Virus record (IMG/VR): IMGVR_UViG_3300005805_000395
Coordinates: 1 to 26,770 of that record
Direction: 5' to 3' (one strand)
Length of the DNA stretch: 26,770 nucleotides
Source of the DNA: a virus
Taxonomy: Duplodnaviria; Caudoviricetes
In this document: positions 1 to 9,774 of the stretch, one piece after another
How positions within the stretch are numbered: the first letter of the stretch is position 1
How the letters are laid out: each line of letters begins with the position of its first letter
Notes under the pieces: model-generated
Databases searched by the model: none
What the model was told of the DNA's origin: nothing
Seen by the model: only the letters and a program-made list of their open reading frames with translations
Program-made: the position numbers and the translations under genes

Positions 1-29
1 GAGAGGATTTGCATTATAAAACAGCTCCA

Positions 30-37
30 TATTTATA
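30..37 (+). promoter_or_regulatory. TATTTATA putative late-promoter motif
   Basis: CATATTTATA ending 3 nt before ATG 41; same motif recurs before eight other genes. Confidence 0.65.
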
Positions 38-40
38 AGC

Positions 41-1648
41 ATGAGTGTAAATGGTATATACAAGTCATTACAACCAAAAGATGTTAAGATAACACCTTTT
101 CAATCTTTTAGAGAAGTAACCGTTACATCATTCAACAATCCAGCCGGATTTTACTCTTATGATACAGAATATGATCTAGATTCATCATACGGATTTCAAT
201 ACCCTGGACATACTAGCATTGATGTAGGAGCTCCTAACATAACGAGCTTATTTGATGCAACAACTAATCCTCCATACCCCGATGAATACTTTTTGTCTGC
301 GATGCATCAACAAATAGATGCAATGTACTACAGACATTATCTATCCCACAACCATTCAACACCAGACAACACAAACATAAACTTCCAGTACAGAGATTAT
401 GGATGGAAAGCAAGAGTTATTTCTTGCCCTAGAAGGCAGATAGGAGAAGGAATTTTACCAACATCTCTTCGATTAACTACAAATGGTAACGCTACTCTTA
501 TTGATGATGGTTACGGCAACGTCATTATAAGTAGTTCAGCACAATCTACATACAGAGATTTGTTGTTCAGTTTGACATTTAATAGGTACTACAAATTCAT
601 TGATGAGCCTACTGGTAATCAATATCAACCACTATCGTTTGGAGGATGTAGATTACAATCCTTTATGAAAGGCGTTACTTTTGAAGATGATGTTAATGGA
701 TTGGTTAATTTAGTAGTTGATAATTCTAGAGTTGATTTAAAAGCTTTGGAAAATCCACAAGTAAAACAATTACTTAATTTTACAAACAGAGATTTTGCTA
801 TTGCTTTTAAGGCTACTGGAACTGGTACGTTACTCACAAAACAAGTACCAACAGAAGAATGGACATACAACTCGAGCGGGTCAGCAGTTCAAAATACACA
901 ATTACCATCCAACTATCCATACAAAATAACACTTAACGGTGGCATTGCTACTTTTACAAAAAGCGGTGGAGGTACAACATTAACAGTACCAGGAAACACA
1001 GCAAACGCACACATTGTTATACAGAGAGTTGGAGACACAATACAAATATATAGCAACGGTGGCGGACCAATAACAGTAGTTGATCCATTTATTGACGCAA
1101 CTGGCTGTGGCTCATCCGATATATTATGTGCAAATAACTCTAATCTTGTTTTAGGATGCAACGGTGATGACTCAAATCCACTAGATGGAACAGTTAGCTA
1201 CCTTCACATATTTGATAGAGCACTAACGGCGGACGAAGTAATACAAATAACCGACTCAGGTGGTAGGATTGATGGATATTGTGGTAACGTATTTTACAAC
1301 ACAGGTATGATAGTGTTAACAGGTCCAGTTGGAATGGATGGAAAGAATAATCCACCTAAACAAATGAGGTTTAATTCAACAGTAACATTGCTCGAAACAC
1401 AGGTATTTTGTACAGTTGGACCTGGTGATTTTACAAGAACGCTTAACCCAACAACCTTTTCATGGAACGCAGTTACAAATCAACTAGAAACGGCTTGTAG
1501 ATATACAGGCTCTGCATTCAGACCTTACGTAACAACTGTTGGACTATACGATGACATGAGTAATTTAGTAGCAGTTGGCAAACTATCAACACCAGTGCAA
1601 ACATCACGAACAACAGACACAACGTTCGTAGTAAAATTTGATCGATGA
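41..1648 (+). CDS. Virion structural protein (baseplate/tail-associated) with LamG/concanavalin A-like domain
   Basis: 535 aa, beta-rich; LamG-like segment HIVIQRVGDTIQIYSNG...LVLG...DGTVSYLHIFDRALTADEV; C-terminal PYVTTVGLYDD..NLVAVGKLSTP..TFVVKFD resembles C-termini seen in large-phage structural proteins. Confidence 0.65.
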   Translation: MSVNGIYKSLQPKDVKITPFQSFREVTVTSFNNPAGFYSYDTEYDLDSSYGFQYPGHTSIDVGAPNITSLFDATTNPPYPDEYFLSAMHQQIDAMYYRHYLSHNHSTPDNTNINFQYRDYGWKARVISCPRRQIGEGILPTSLRLTTNGNATLIDDGYGNVIISSSAQSTYRDLLFSLTFNRYYKFIDEPTGNQYQPLSFGGCRLQSFMKGVTFEDDVNGLVNLVVDNSRVDLKALENPQVKQLLNFTNRDFAIAFKATGTGTLLTKQVPTEEWTYNSSGSAVQNTQLPSNYPYKITLNGGIATFTKSGGGTTLTVPGNTANAHIVIQRVGDTIQIYSNGGGPITVVDPFIDATGCGSSDILCANNSNLVLGCNGDDSNPLDGTVSYLHIFDRALTADEVIQITDSGGRIDGYCGNVFYNTGMIVLTGPVGMDGKNNPPKQMRFNSTVTLLETQVFCTVGPGDFTRTLNPTTFSWNAVTNQLETACRYTGSAFRPYVTTVGLYDDMSNLVAVGKLSTPVQTSRTTDTTFVVKFDR

Positions 1649-2049
1649 AGAGAAAGGTTACAAAAAGACAAGCAGCAAGAATAAAAGGTTATAGAAGTGG
1701 ACTTGAGCAGACAGTCGACGAATCCTTAAAAGCAGTCGGAGTGGATGGTGAGTATGAAAAACACAAGATAAAATACATCTTCCCAGCAACAGATAGAAAA
1801 TATACCCCAGACTTCAAGTTACCCAATGGTATTTTTGTTGAAACTAAGGGTAGGTTCGTAGCAGCGGATAGAAAAAAACATTTACTAATTAAAGAACAGT
1901 ATCCTGATTTAGATATAAGATTTGTTTTTCAAAATGCAAATAACAAACTAAACAAACGATCCAAAACAACCTATGCAGATTGGTGTAACAAGTATGGATT
2001 TATTTTTGCTGAAAAAACTATACCTGATGAGTGGCTTTCCCACAAATAA
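1645..2049 (+). CDS. T7 endonuclease I-like Holliday junction resolvase
   Basis: GYRSGLE, YTPDF.LPNGIFVETKGRF, DRKKHLLIKEQYPDLDIRFVF, TTYADWC match T7 gp3 family PD-(D/E)xK motifs; ATGA overlap with upstream gene. Confidence 0.92.
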   Translation: MKRKVTKRQAARIKGYRSGLEQTVDESLKAVGVDGEYEKHKIKYIFPATDRKYTPDFKLPNGIFVETKGRFVAADRKKHLLIKEQYPDLDIRFVFQNANNKLNKRSKTTYADWCNKYGFIFAEKTIPDEWLSHK

Positions 2050-2064
2050 AAGTGTATAGTTTTA
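2031..2064 (+). promoter_or_regulatory. Possible host-type (Bacteroidota-like) promoter for primase/SbcDC
   Basis: TAGTTTTA at 2057-2064 is one mismatch from the Bacteroidota -7 consensus TAnnTTTG; no TATTTATA here; upstream element only weak. Confidence 0.3.
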
Positions 2065-2067
2065 TAA

Positions 2068-2988
2068 ATGACGCAAGAACTGCAAACACAAAAAGTACTA
2101 TCCATAGTCAACGCCCATCTAGGCGAAGGAGCTCCTCACAGAAAGGGTGAAATGAGCTATTTCTGCCCAGCATGTAATCATTACAAGCGAAAGCTTCAGA
2201 TAAATACTCAAACACAGAGATGGCATTGCTGGGTCTGTAATATAAAGGGTACTGGCGTTTATAGTCTATTAAAAAAGACTGGTGGCTCAAGGGAGCTTCT
2301 TGTTGCGGCAAAGGAGCTTGATCCTATTCAATCTCAAGGCAAGGAGACAGTACAACAGTCAAAGCAACTCCCAGACGAATTTCGTCCACTACATATAAAT
2401 TGGAATACACCTCACTATAAGAATGCACTTCACTATGTCGTAAATGTAAGAGGACTAACACCTCTTGACATATTAAGGTACAACATAGGCTATTGTGAGG
2501 AGGGAGAGTACAGTGGAATGATAATTGTGCCTAGCTACGATAAGACAAACAGGCTTAACTACTTTATGGGTAGAAGCTATTACAATACATCGTTCAAGCA
2601 CAAGAATCCAATATGGAGTAAAGATGTGGTAGGTTTCGAAAATCAAATAAGTTACAATCAACCACTAACCTTAGTCGAAGGTGTATTTGATGCTATATCG
2701 ACAAAAAGGAATGTAGTACCTTTATTTGGTAAACGAATCATGCCAACGCTAAGACACAATATCGTAGCAAATAAAGTTCCTAAGTTGTATATTAGTTTAG
2801 ATCAAGATGCAGTATCAGATGCATTAACTGAACTAGAGTATTTTATGAATAGTGGGATAGATGTGTGCCTTGTTAATCTAACTAAAAAAGATCCAAACGA
2901 ACTTGGGTATAAAGCAATGACGGAGCTTGTAAAACAGAGCCAGCCATTTACTTTTATGGATCTTATTAAATACAGAATGTCAGCATGA
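2068..2988 (+). CDS. DNA primase (Zn ribbon + TOPRIM; DnaG/T4 gp61-like)
   Basis: C-x2-C-x17-C-x2-C (CPAC...CWVC); IIVPSYD..GR; TOPRIM LVEGVFDA and SLDQDA (DxD); KDPNE. Confidence 0.9.
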   Translation: MTQELQTQKVLSIVNAHLGEGAPHRKGEMSYFCPACNHYKRKLQINTQTQRWHCWVCNIKGTGVYSLLKKTGGSRELLVAAKELDPIQSQGKETVQQSKQLPDEFRPLHINWNTPHYKNALHYVVNVRGLTPLDILRYNIGYCEEGEYSGMIIVPSYDKTNRLNYFMGRSYYNTSFKHKNPIWSKDVVGFENQISYNQPLTLVEGVFDAISTKRNVVPLFGKRIMPTLRHNIVANKVPKLYISLDQDAVSDALTELEYFMNSGIDVCLVNLTKKDPNELGYKAMTELVKQSQPFTFMDLIKYRMSA

Positions 2989-5900
2989 AAAAGATGAATT
3001 GTGGGTTAAGCAGAGTTGATTATATAATTCATGTTAGCGATATACACATACGCAACTGGAAGAGACATAAAGAGTATCAGGATGTTTTTGATAAGCTGAA
3101 CGAGCTTACAAAGAACGCACCAGCAAATACGATTGTTGTTATTGGTGGAGATATTGTACATGCTAAGACAGACATGAGCCCTGAGTTAATCCAAATGGTT
3201 TCGTCTTTTTTTACTGGTTTAGCTGATTTAGTGCCTACGTTTGTTATATGTGGTAATCACGATACAAACCTCAACAACAATAACAGATTGGACGCATTGA
3301 CACCTATCGTTGATGCATTAAAACATTCGAATCTTTTTTACCTCAAAGACACAGGCAACTACGAAGTTGGAGATATTGCTTTCACGGTTATGTCTGTATT
3401 GGATACTCCTGATAAATATCCAACCGTCGATTCTATTAAAAAGAAGGTAAAAAGAAAGTTTGCTCTTTATCATGGCACAGTCGAAGCGAGTACAACAGAT
3501 ACAGGCATAAAACTTCTGCAAGGATTGAGTAAGTCATACTTTGATGGATACGACGCAGCACTCCTCGGAGATATACACAAGAGACAAATTCTAAGCACAG
3601 ATCCGTTAGTATTCTATCCAGGCTCCCTTATACAACAAAACTTTGGAGAGGCTTACGAAGGTCATGGACCAGCAATACTCGACGTCAACACGCTAGAACT
3701 AAAATTTTTAGAGATTCCTAATGACTACGGCTACTTCACATTATCAATAGAAGATGGGGTACTGCCTGATAATCTACCAATAACATCTAAAACAAGCGTC
3801 CGCCTCAAAACAAAAAATACATCACCAGCGCAACTAAAAAGGGTGCTGGCTACAATAAGAAAGGAGTACAAAAATAGTGATGTTGTAATAACAAATGTGG
3901 ACGCAAAAGAGGGATCTAAAACCACTGAGACGACCTTCAGCGGAGGTGATGTTAGAAGAGTTGAGTTTCAAAATGAAATGATAAAGGAGTACCTTAGTCA
4001 ACAAACAATAGATGAAGAGACGCTTGAGCAGGTATTTGCAATCAACAAAGCATTAAATAGTCAATTACCACAAACAGAAACTGTACGCAACGTTACCTGG
4101 AAGCCTAAAAAGTTTGAGTTTTCAAATATGTTTTCTTATGGCGAAGGAAACGTGGTAGACTTTACCAACATGACTGGATTATGTGGGTTGTTTGCACCAA
4201 ATCATGCCGGTAAATCGGCTATACTTGACGCACTGTGCTTTTGTCTATTTGACCACTCATTCAGAGCAACAAAGGCAGATCAAGTACTAAATAATAAATC
4301 TGATTGGTTTACTTGCAAATTTAATTTTGAGTTGGAGGGTGTTGATTATTTTATTGAAAAGCGTGCAACTCGCTATGCCAAAGGTCCTCTTGCAGGTAAG
4401 TTGAGAGTGGATATAGATTTTTGGTATATAGGTGAAGATGGAGAATCTATATCTCTTAACGGAGAACAGAGAAGGGACACAGATAAAATAATTCAATCAT
4501 ATGTAGGTGGATTTGATGATTTTATATTGACAGCATTGTCTTTGCAAGGCAACAACTCTAATTTTATAGAAAAGACGCAAGGAGAAAGAAAAGAACTACT
4601 AGCAAACTTCCTCGACCTTAACATATTTGATCAGCTATATGACTTAGCTAACAAAGAAACGAGATCGTCAGCTATTCTCTTGGAAGAATATCAGAAACAG
4701 GACTTTGAAACAAAGCTTGGAGATGCCGAAGCGTTGAAAGAAGATTGTAGTAGTCAATACAATGCTGTTGAGATACGACATAAAGAAATTAAAACTGAGC
4801 TTGACACCTACATGCAAGAAGCTCTTAACTTAGCGGAGCTCATAAGACCAAACAAGGCCCAAGATCTTGATCTTCCAAAATTAGAAAAAGAAAAATCTAC
4901 TTTATTACAGGATATTGAGCATCAACAATCAAAGCTCAAAGACTTAAAAACAATAAAGGATGGGTTTGGTAATTCTATTAAAAAGGTTAGTGATAATCTT
5001 AGGGAGTACGATAAAGATACCTTAGTTGAAAGGTACAGAGCTTATCAGAGTTATGCTGAGCGTCAAAAACACATAACAACTCAATTAGAACATTTAAAGG
5101 TTACAATAAAGTCCAAGCTTGATAAACTATCTAATCTTGAAAAGCATGAATATGATCCTAATTGCAAGTACTGTATTGATAATGTATTTGTAAAAGATGC
5201 TATCAAAACTAAACAGGAATTAGAACAGGATAAGCAAACAGTTACAAGTAAGTTGGATGAAAAGAGAGAGATTGAGTTATATCTTGAAACTAATAAATCT
5301 GTAGAGGATGATTACAACACAGTTAGTTTTTTAATCACCGACTTGAAGTCCTTAACAGACAAAGAGAATTTGTGTAAATCACAAATAGAAACAGCAGAAT
5401 CAACAATAGATAACCTTAGTGGTAAGCTGAAAGCTATTGAGGCTAACATAGTATTGTATCACGAAAACGAATCAACTATTGAACATAATAAGAAAATACA
5501 ACAGCAAATCCTAGAAGTTAAAAAATCTGCGTCGGAGGTTAAAAATAAAGAGGCAGCAGCTTCAAAAGAGATGCAAACACTTCACGGTAAAATAGCGGTA
5601 GCAGAAAAGGTAATCGATGAGTGTGTTCGAAACATAGAACACATGCAACAACTAGCAGATAAACAGGTAGCATATAGTTTATACTCACAAGCAATAAGTA
5701 GGGACGGAATTCAGTATAATTTGATATCTAAGGCTATACCACACATTGAGCAATACGTTAATAACTTACTATCACAGATAGTTGATTTTACGCTCACCTT
5801 TGAAGCGGATGGTAAATCAATAAACGTGTACATATGTTACGAAAATAACAGATGGCCTCTGGAATTATCGTCGGGTATGGAAAAGTTTATTGCGAGTCTT

Positions 5901-6143
5901 GCAATTCGCGTTGCCCTAATAAAAATTACAAATTTACCGAAACCAAACTTTATAGCAATAGATGAAGGGCTTGGAGTACTTGACAGCAGCAATCTCAATT
6001 CAATGCACATGCTTTTTAATCACTTAAAAGATTTGTTTAAGTATACGCTAGTAATATCACACATAGATGTTGTCAGAGACATGGTAGATCACATACTCAC
6101 TATTGACAAAAACGGAGAGTTTAGCTACATAAATTATAGCTAG
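2985..6143 (+). CDS. sbcDC: Fused Mre11/SbcD nuclease - Rad50/SbcC ATPase (T4 gp47+gp46 equivalent)
   Basis: Metallophosphoesterase motifs SDIH, GDIVH, GNHD, HG, GDIH; Walker A APNHAGKS; long coiled coil with zinc hook CKYC; signature LSSGME; Walker B IAIDEG; H-loop ISH. Confidence 0.93.
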   Translation: MKKMNCGLSRVDYIIHVSDIHIRNWKRHKEYQDVFDKLNELTKNAPANTIVVIGGDIVHAKTDMSPELIQMVSSFFTGLADLVPTFVICGNHDTNLNNNNRLDALTPIVDALKHSNLFYLKDTGNYEVGDIAFTVMSVLDTPDKYPTVDSIKKKVKRKFALYHGTVEASTTDTGIKLLQGLSKSYFDGYDAALLGDIHKRQILSTDPLVFYPGSLIQQNFGEAYEGHGPAILDVNTLELKFLEIPNDYGYFTLSIEDGVLPDNLPITSKTSVRLKTKNTSPAQLKRVLATIRKEYKNSDVVITNVDAKEGSKTTETTFSGGDVRRVEFQNEMIKEYLSQQTIDEETLEQVFAINKALNSQLPQTETVRNVTWKPKKFEFSNMFSYGEGNVVDFTNMTGLCGLFAPNHAGKSAILDALCFCLFDHSFRATKADQVLNNKSDWFTCKFNFELEGVDYFIEKRATRYAKGPLAGKLRVDIDFWYIGEDGESISLNGEQRRDTDKIIQSYVGGFDDFILTALSLQGNNSNFIEKTQGERKELLANFLDLNIFDQLYDLANKETRSSAILLEEYQKQDFETKLGDAEALKEDCSSQYNAVEIRHKEIKTELDTYMQEALNLAELIRPNKAQDLDLPKLEKEKSTLLQDIEHQQSKLKDLKTIKDGFGNSIKKVSDNLREYDKDTLVERYRAYQSYAERQKHITTQLEHLKVTIKSKLDKLSNLEKHEYDPNCKYCIDNVFVKDAIKTKQELEQDKQTVTSKLDEKREIELYLETNKSVEDDYNTVSFLITDLKSLTDKENLCKSQIETAESTIDNLSGKLKAIEANIVLYHENESTIEHNKKIQQQILEVKKSASEVKNKEAAASKEMQTLHGKIAVAEKVIDECVRNIEHMQQLADKQVAYSLYSQAISRDGIQYNLISKAIPHIEQYVNNLLSQIVDFTLTFEADGKSINVYICYENNRWPLELSSGMEKFIASLAIRVALIKITNLPKPNFIAIDEGLGVLDSSNLNSMHMLFNHLKDLFKYTLVISHIDVVRDMVDHILTIDKNGEFSYINYS

Positions 6144-6144
6144 A

Positions 6145-6152
6145 TATTTATC
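6145..6152 (+). promoter_or_regulatory. TATTTATC variant of putative late-promoter motif
   Basis: In the 22-nt gap after the sbcDC stop, 13 nt before ATG 6166. Confidence 0.55.
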
Positions 6153-6165
6153 TAAAACAGACAGT

Positions 6166-9100
6166 ATGTTTGAATCCGTATATAAAAAAAGACAAAAAAG
6201 AGGTTATGCTTACAAGCTATATGCGGTTGAAGACTACACAGCAACATCTCCTGACTATTTTAATATAGTAGAATTTCCAACAACATTAACGGCCGGCAAG
6301 AACGTTGTTAAGCTTGGATTAGATGGTCCAAAGTTGAGAGCTGATACTTATGTGGACATGGAGGTATTGGATTCCGAAGGAAATCCCCTCTACGTTGAGT
6401 ATACTAATTATAAGGATAGATTTGGCTACCATTATTTTATCATCTACGTATATGACCTTCAACCCGTAGGTGTTGGGTCAATCGACATCGTTGGAATAGC
6501 TCTATATGATCAATCAGGCAACTCAATAACAATGCCATCCTCAGAGCATGTGTTTGAACATAATGTTAGATGGAGAACTTCTGTTGATATTAAACCCACA
6601 GAAAGAAATATAACAGATATCCACTTCCAGAAAGGTCCTAAAGTAACGGTATCCCAAGTATTAGTACCATATAAGTTTAATGTTGGAACGTATAATATAA
6701 ACACCAAGTTAGTGACGTCATCATTAACTGATTTACGTATAGTGAATACTGAGAATGTTGGGTTTGATGTTAAGATGAACACATCAGATGATATACAAGA
6801 TATTGAAGATTTAAGAAACACATATAACTATTTCCAAAAATCATCAACAGCAAACATCGTCCAAACCAACATAAGAAAGTATCATAAAGATGTAATAGAT
6901 GGGTACGTTTACTCCGAATACTTTAGATATGGAACGATGCTGCAGTACGCAAGGGGAGGGAAAGCAAACTTAATAAATCCTTTCACCAAGGATATGGAGG
7001 GATCCACCTTATCACTATCTGATCTTGACAATGGCGAGAGTATGAGGACTACTTGGACATACCAACCAGAATCAGGATCATTGTTTGAGATATTAGGTGG
7101 AACAGGCTCTCTACAAGAGCAGTACTCCAAGTACAAACCCAAAATTATTTCAGTTGTAAATAGAGATTTAGCTATATTGAGTCATCCACCATCTCTCAAG
7201 GTAATTGATAAGATAAATCCTAATAGAACTCTTGAGCGTGCACTTAACCTAAGTGCACTGTACAACGTAACGGCCTCCTTTGCATACCCAGAGTCAACAC
7301 AAGAGGAGATTCAATCTATAAGCTTCAGCTCATCCTACATACAGTTTACTTTAACAGATTTCAAGCCAATTGTAGGCGATGTGTATAGAATAAAAGCATA
7401 TGTTAAAGAGGCTGGCCAAAACACAGAATACTATCTACTAAATGACCACATTGTAAAAAGTCCTGAGTACTTAATAGACACTGACAAAACAAATCAGGCG
7501 GTGTATATGAAAAATCAAAGTGACTTTTTCTTATACGGAGAGTTTACTAGCCCTGATGTCGCAGCGGATTATTGGAGAGGGTTTTACATAAAGAACAAAA
7601 GACTTGAGCAGTATAGCTTCAATAGGTCAGGATCTACAATAGTAACGACAAACTATCCACTAGCAAACTCAATCAAAGTTGTTAATACAGGCAGCTTTGA
7701 AAGAGGATTTTTCAGTAGATACTACCAAACATATCTACCTGGAGAACCTTATTCACTGTCTTTTTACTGCACACTAGACCCAGGATGTGAGTTGGAGGTG
7801 TATATGAATAGCACACCTCTAAAACCCACCCAACTAGGATTTCCGGCACCAAAGGCGTTCAAGCGTTCACCCGACTATGATGCATCCGGTAGTGGATACA
7901 CTGAATTAGGTAGGTTAGTTGGTAAAGTTTCAAATATTAACGGAGCATCGACAAAGTTTTACGACAATGTTGTTTTTGATTTTTATGCGGACGACGATGG
8001 CTTTGGTAGACCATTATTTAGATTGAAATCTAATACTACCTCTTCTAGAAGTGCATATGTGTCTTCTATTTGTATAACACCTCTCGATTTAGTTGGATAC
8101 ACCCCAAGCATTCTACAGTTTACAGCAGCAACACCTGACTCGCTACACATTTTACAAGATGATGAAGCACATCTATCTCAGTCAATTGACGTCAAGCTGG
8201 AGTACTATACCTCAGACGGTAAGCAGTCTGAGTATGTAACTTACATACCAAATTTGGTATTAAACATGCTAAACGAGACACCAGGCTTTTGTGCAAGCGA
8301 AGTGTCTAAGTTTGATATTCAGTGTCCTATATATTATGAGATAGGACAAAATGACCCCAGTCACGATTCAGTAAAACCAAACTCAGGAACATCATCCCTT
8401 GATCCCACTTTGTGGGATGCTCCAACATATTTCTGGCCAACATTTAGTTTTAACAATTATGGTGGATACTCGTGGAATATGTGGTCCTTTAGAATAGCAG
8501 GTTCCGATTACGTCAACGATTTTGAATGGGTACAACCCTCAACAGCCTCAGCATTTTGGATGCCATCCGCATCGGCTATAGTAACCTCTAGTTGGTATAG
8601 GTATGATCCAATGCTACCTTTGTATAATAGCCCTTCCTTTCCCCTAATCAACCCAGCAGCACCTCTAGCATATATGTACTCGTATGCTAATGTCGGAGGC
8701 CAGGATCTATTTACAGCAGCACCAACGGATGAGCTTCCTACAAATGAGTATAGTCGTCCATTTTACTTGGCCGATGGGGTCGCATTAGATAAATGGGAAC
8801 TAGCACAAGCGCACGTTGATAACTTAGACTTGAGCTCCAATAACTGTGACGATATTCAATTAGTTCAACAAGATTTAGAAAAACTAAACTACTACCTAAA
8901 AACATCAAGACTTTTTTATCCAATCACTAGCGGTGGATTTGAGTATGGATTTTTTGAAAATGGAGGAGTTTACAACGTAAAATTTAAAATAACTACAGCA
9001 CCAGACTTCGGAATAAACTATCCAGACAACGGTACGCCTTACTTACTATTTAACGATATAACATCAATAAATAAGACTGCTGATAGAACAAAGTATGCGC

Positions 9101-9774
9101 CGGATAAAGGAGCTAAATTAATGGTTTACATAGCTGATGTAGCTAGTAATCTGCCTCAAGACAAACGCATTGTACCTGGAGTAGAAGGATTCTTTCCTCC
9201 AAACAACAACATAGTAACTATAGGTAACTTTTACGGAATTACACCAGAGATGGTATTTTTTGATTCTGGATCCGGATACAGAACTGATGTGTATGACCTT
9301 GTACTTGTGCAGTACGGAGAAAAGGCTCAGCTTGTTTTTGATGGATGTGGATTAGATGTTGAGTTAGATACTAATCCACTTGCTGAACCCGGATCTTATA
9401 AAATTACTAACAATCCTCTCAACGCTTTGTGGGGTGGTATAATATCCGATATTGAGTGGTGTAAGATTGGAGTTACAACAGATCCACGATACATCAAGCC
9501 TGTTAACTTCGATGCAGAGGTTAGGTACTATGCACAAAAGCGTGGACCAAAACGCAGCATATTTGTAGACCCAAGCTTCCCTATTGACACTACAGCGTAT
9601 TTTGCAATCGTCTCCTCGGGTGAAGGATACAAGAATAACTGGACTGTGGTAAGACCTTACTACCAGCAAGCACAAAAGCTTACACTTGCACCATCAACAA
9701 ACATAACATCCGAACTCACACAAATACCACCAACGCAGCCAACAGATCTAGATGAACAAACCGCTATTGAATGA
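6166..9774 (+). CDS. Large virion structural protein (likely baseplate/tail)
   Basis: 1202 aa, rich in Y/F/T/S/N/P, beta-strand character, no catalytic motifs seen, preceded by late-type motif. Confidence 0.5.
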   Translation: MFESVYKKRQKRGYAYKLYAVEDYTATSPDYFNIVEFPTTLTAGKNVVKLGLDGPKLRADTYVDMEVLDSEGNPLYVEYTNYKDRFGYHYFIIYVYDLQPVGVGSIDIVGIALYDQSGNSITMPSSEHVFEHNVRWRTSVDIKPTERNITDIHFQKGPKVTVSQVLVPYKFNVGTYNINTKLVTSSLTDLRIVNTENVGFDVKMNTSDDIQDIEDLRNTYNYFQKSSTANIVQTNIRKYHKDVIDGYVYSEYFRYGTMLQYARGGKANLINPFTKDMEGSTLSLSDLDNGESMRTTWTYQPESGSLFEILGGTGSLQEQYSKYKPKIISVVNRDLAILSHPPSLKVIDKINPNRTLERALNLSALYNVTASFAYPESTQEEIQSISFSSSYIQFTLTDFKPIVGDVYRIKAYVKEAGQNTEYYLLNDHIVKSPEYLIDTDKTNQAVYMKNQSDFFLYGEFTSPDVAADYWRGFYIKNKRLEQYSFNRSGSTIVTTNYPLANSIKVVNTGSFERGFFSRYYQTYLPGEPYSLSFYCTLDPGCELEVYMNSTPLKPTQLGFPAPKAFKRSPDYDASGSGYTELGRLVGKVSNINGASTKFYDNVVFDFYADDDGFGRPLFRLKSNTTSSRSAYVSSICITPLDLVGYTPSILQFTAATPDSLHILQDDEAHLSQSIDVKLEYYTSDGKQSEYVTYIPNLVLNMLNETPGFCASEVSKFDIQCPIYYEIGQNDPSHDSVKPNSGTSSLDPTLWDAPTYFWPTFSFNNYGGYSWNMWSFRIAGSDYVNDFEWVQPSTASAFWMPSASAIVTSSWYRYDPMLPLYNSPSFPLINPAAPLAYMYSYANVGGQDLFTAAPTDELPTNEYSRPFYLADGVALDKWELAQAHVDNLDLSSNNCDDIQLVQQDLEKLNYYLKTSRLFYPITSGGFEYGFFENGGVYNVKFKITTAPDFGINYPDNGTPYLLFNDITSINKTADRTKYAPDKGAKLMVYIADVASNLPQDKRIVPGVEGFFPPNNNIVTIGNFYGITPEMVFFDSGSGYRTDVYDLVLVQYGEKAQLVFDGCGLDVELDTNPLAEPGSYKITNNPLNALWGGIISDIEWCKIGVTTDPRYIKPVNFDAEVRYYAQKRGPKRSIFVDPSFPIDTTAYFAIVSSGEGYKNNWTVVRPYYQQAQKLTLAPSTNITSELTQIPPTQPTDLDEQTAIE

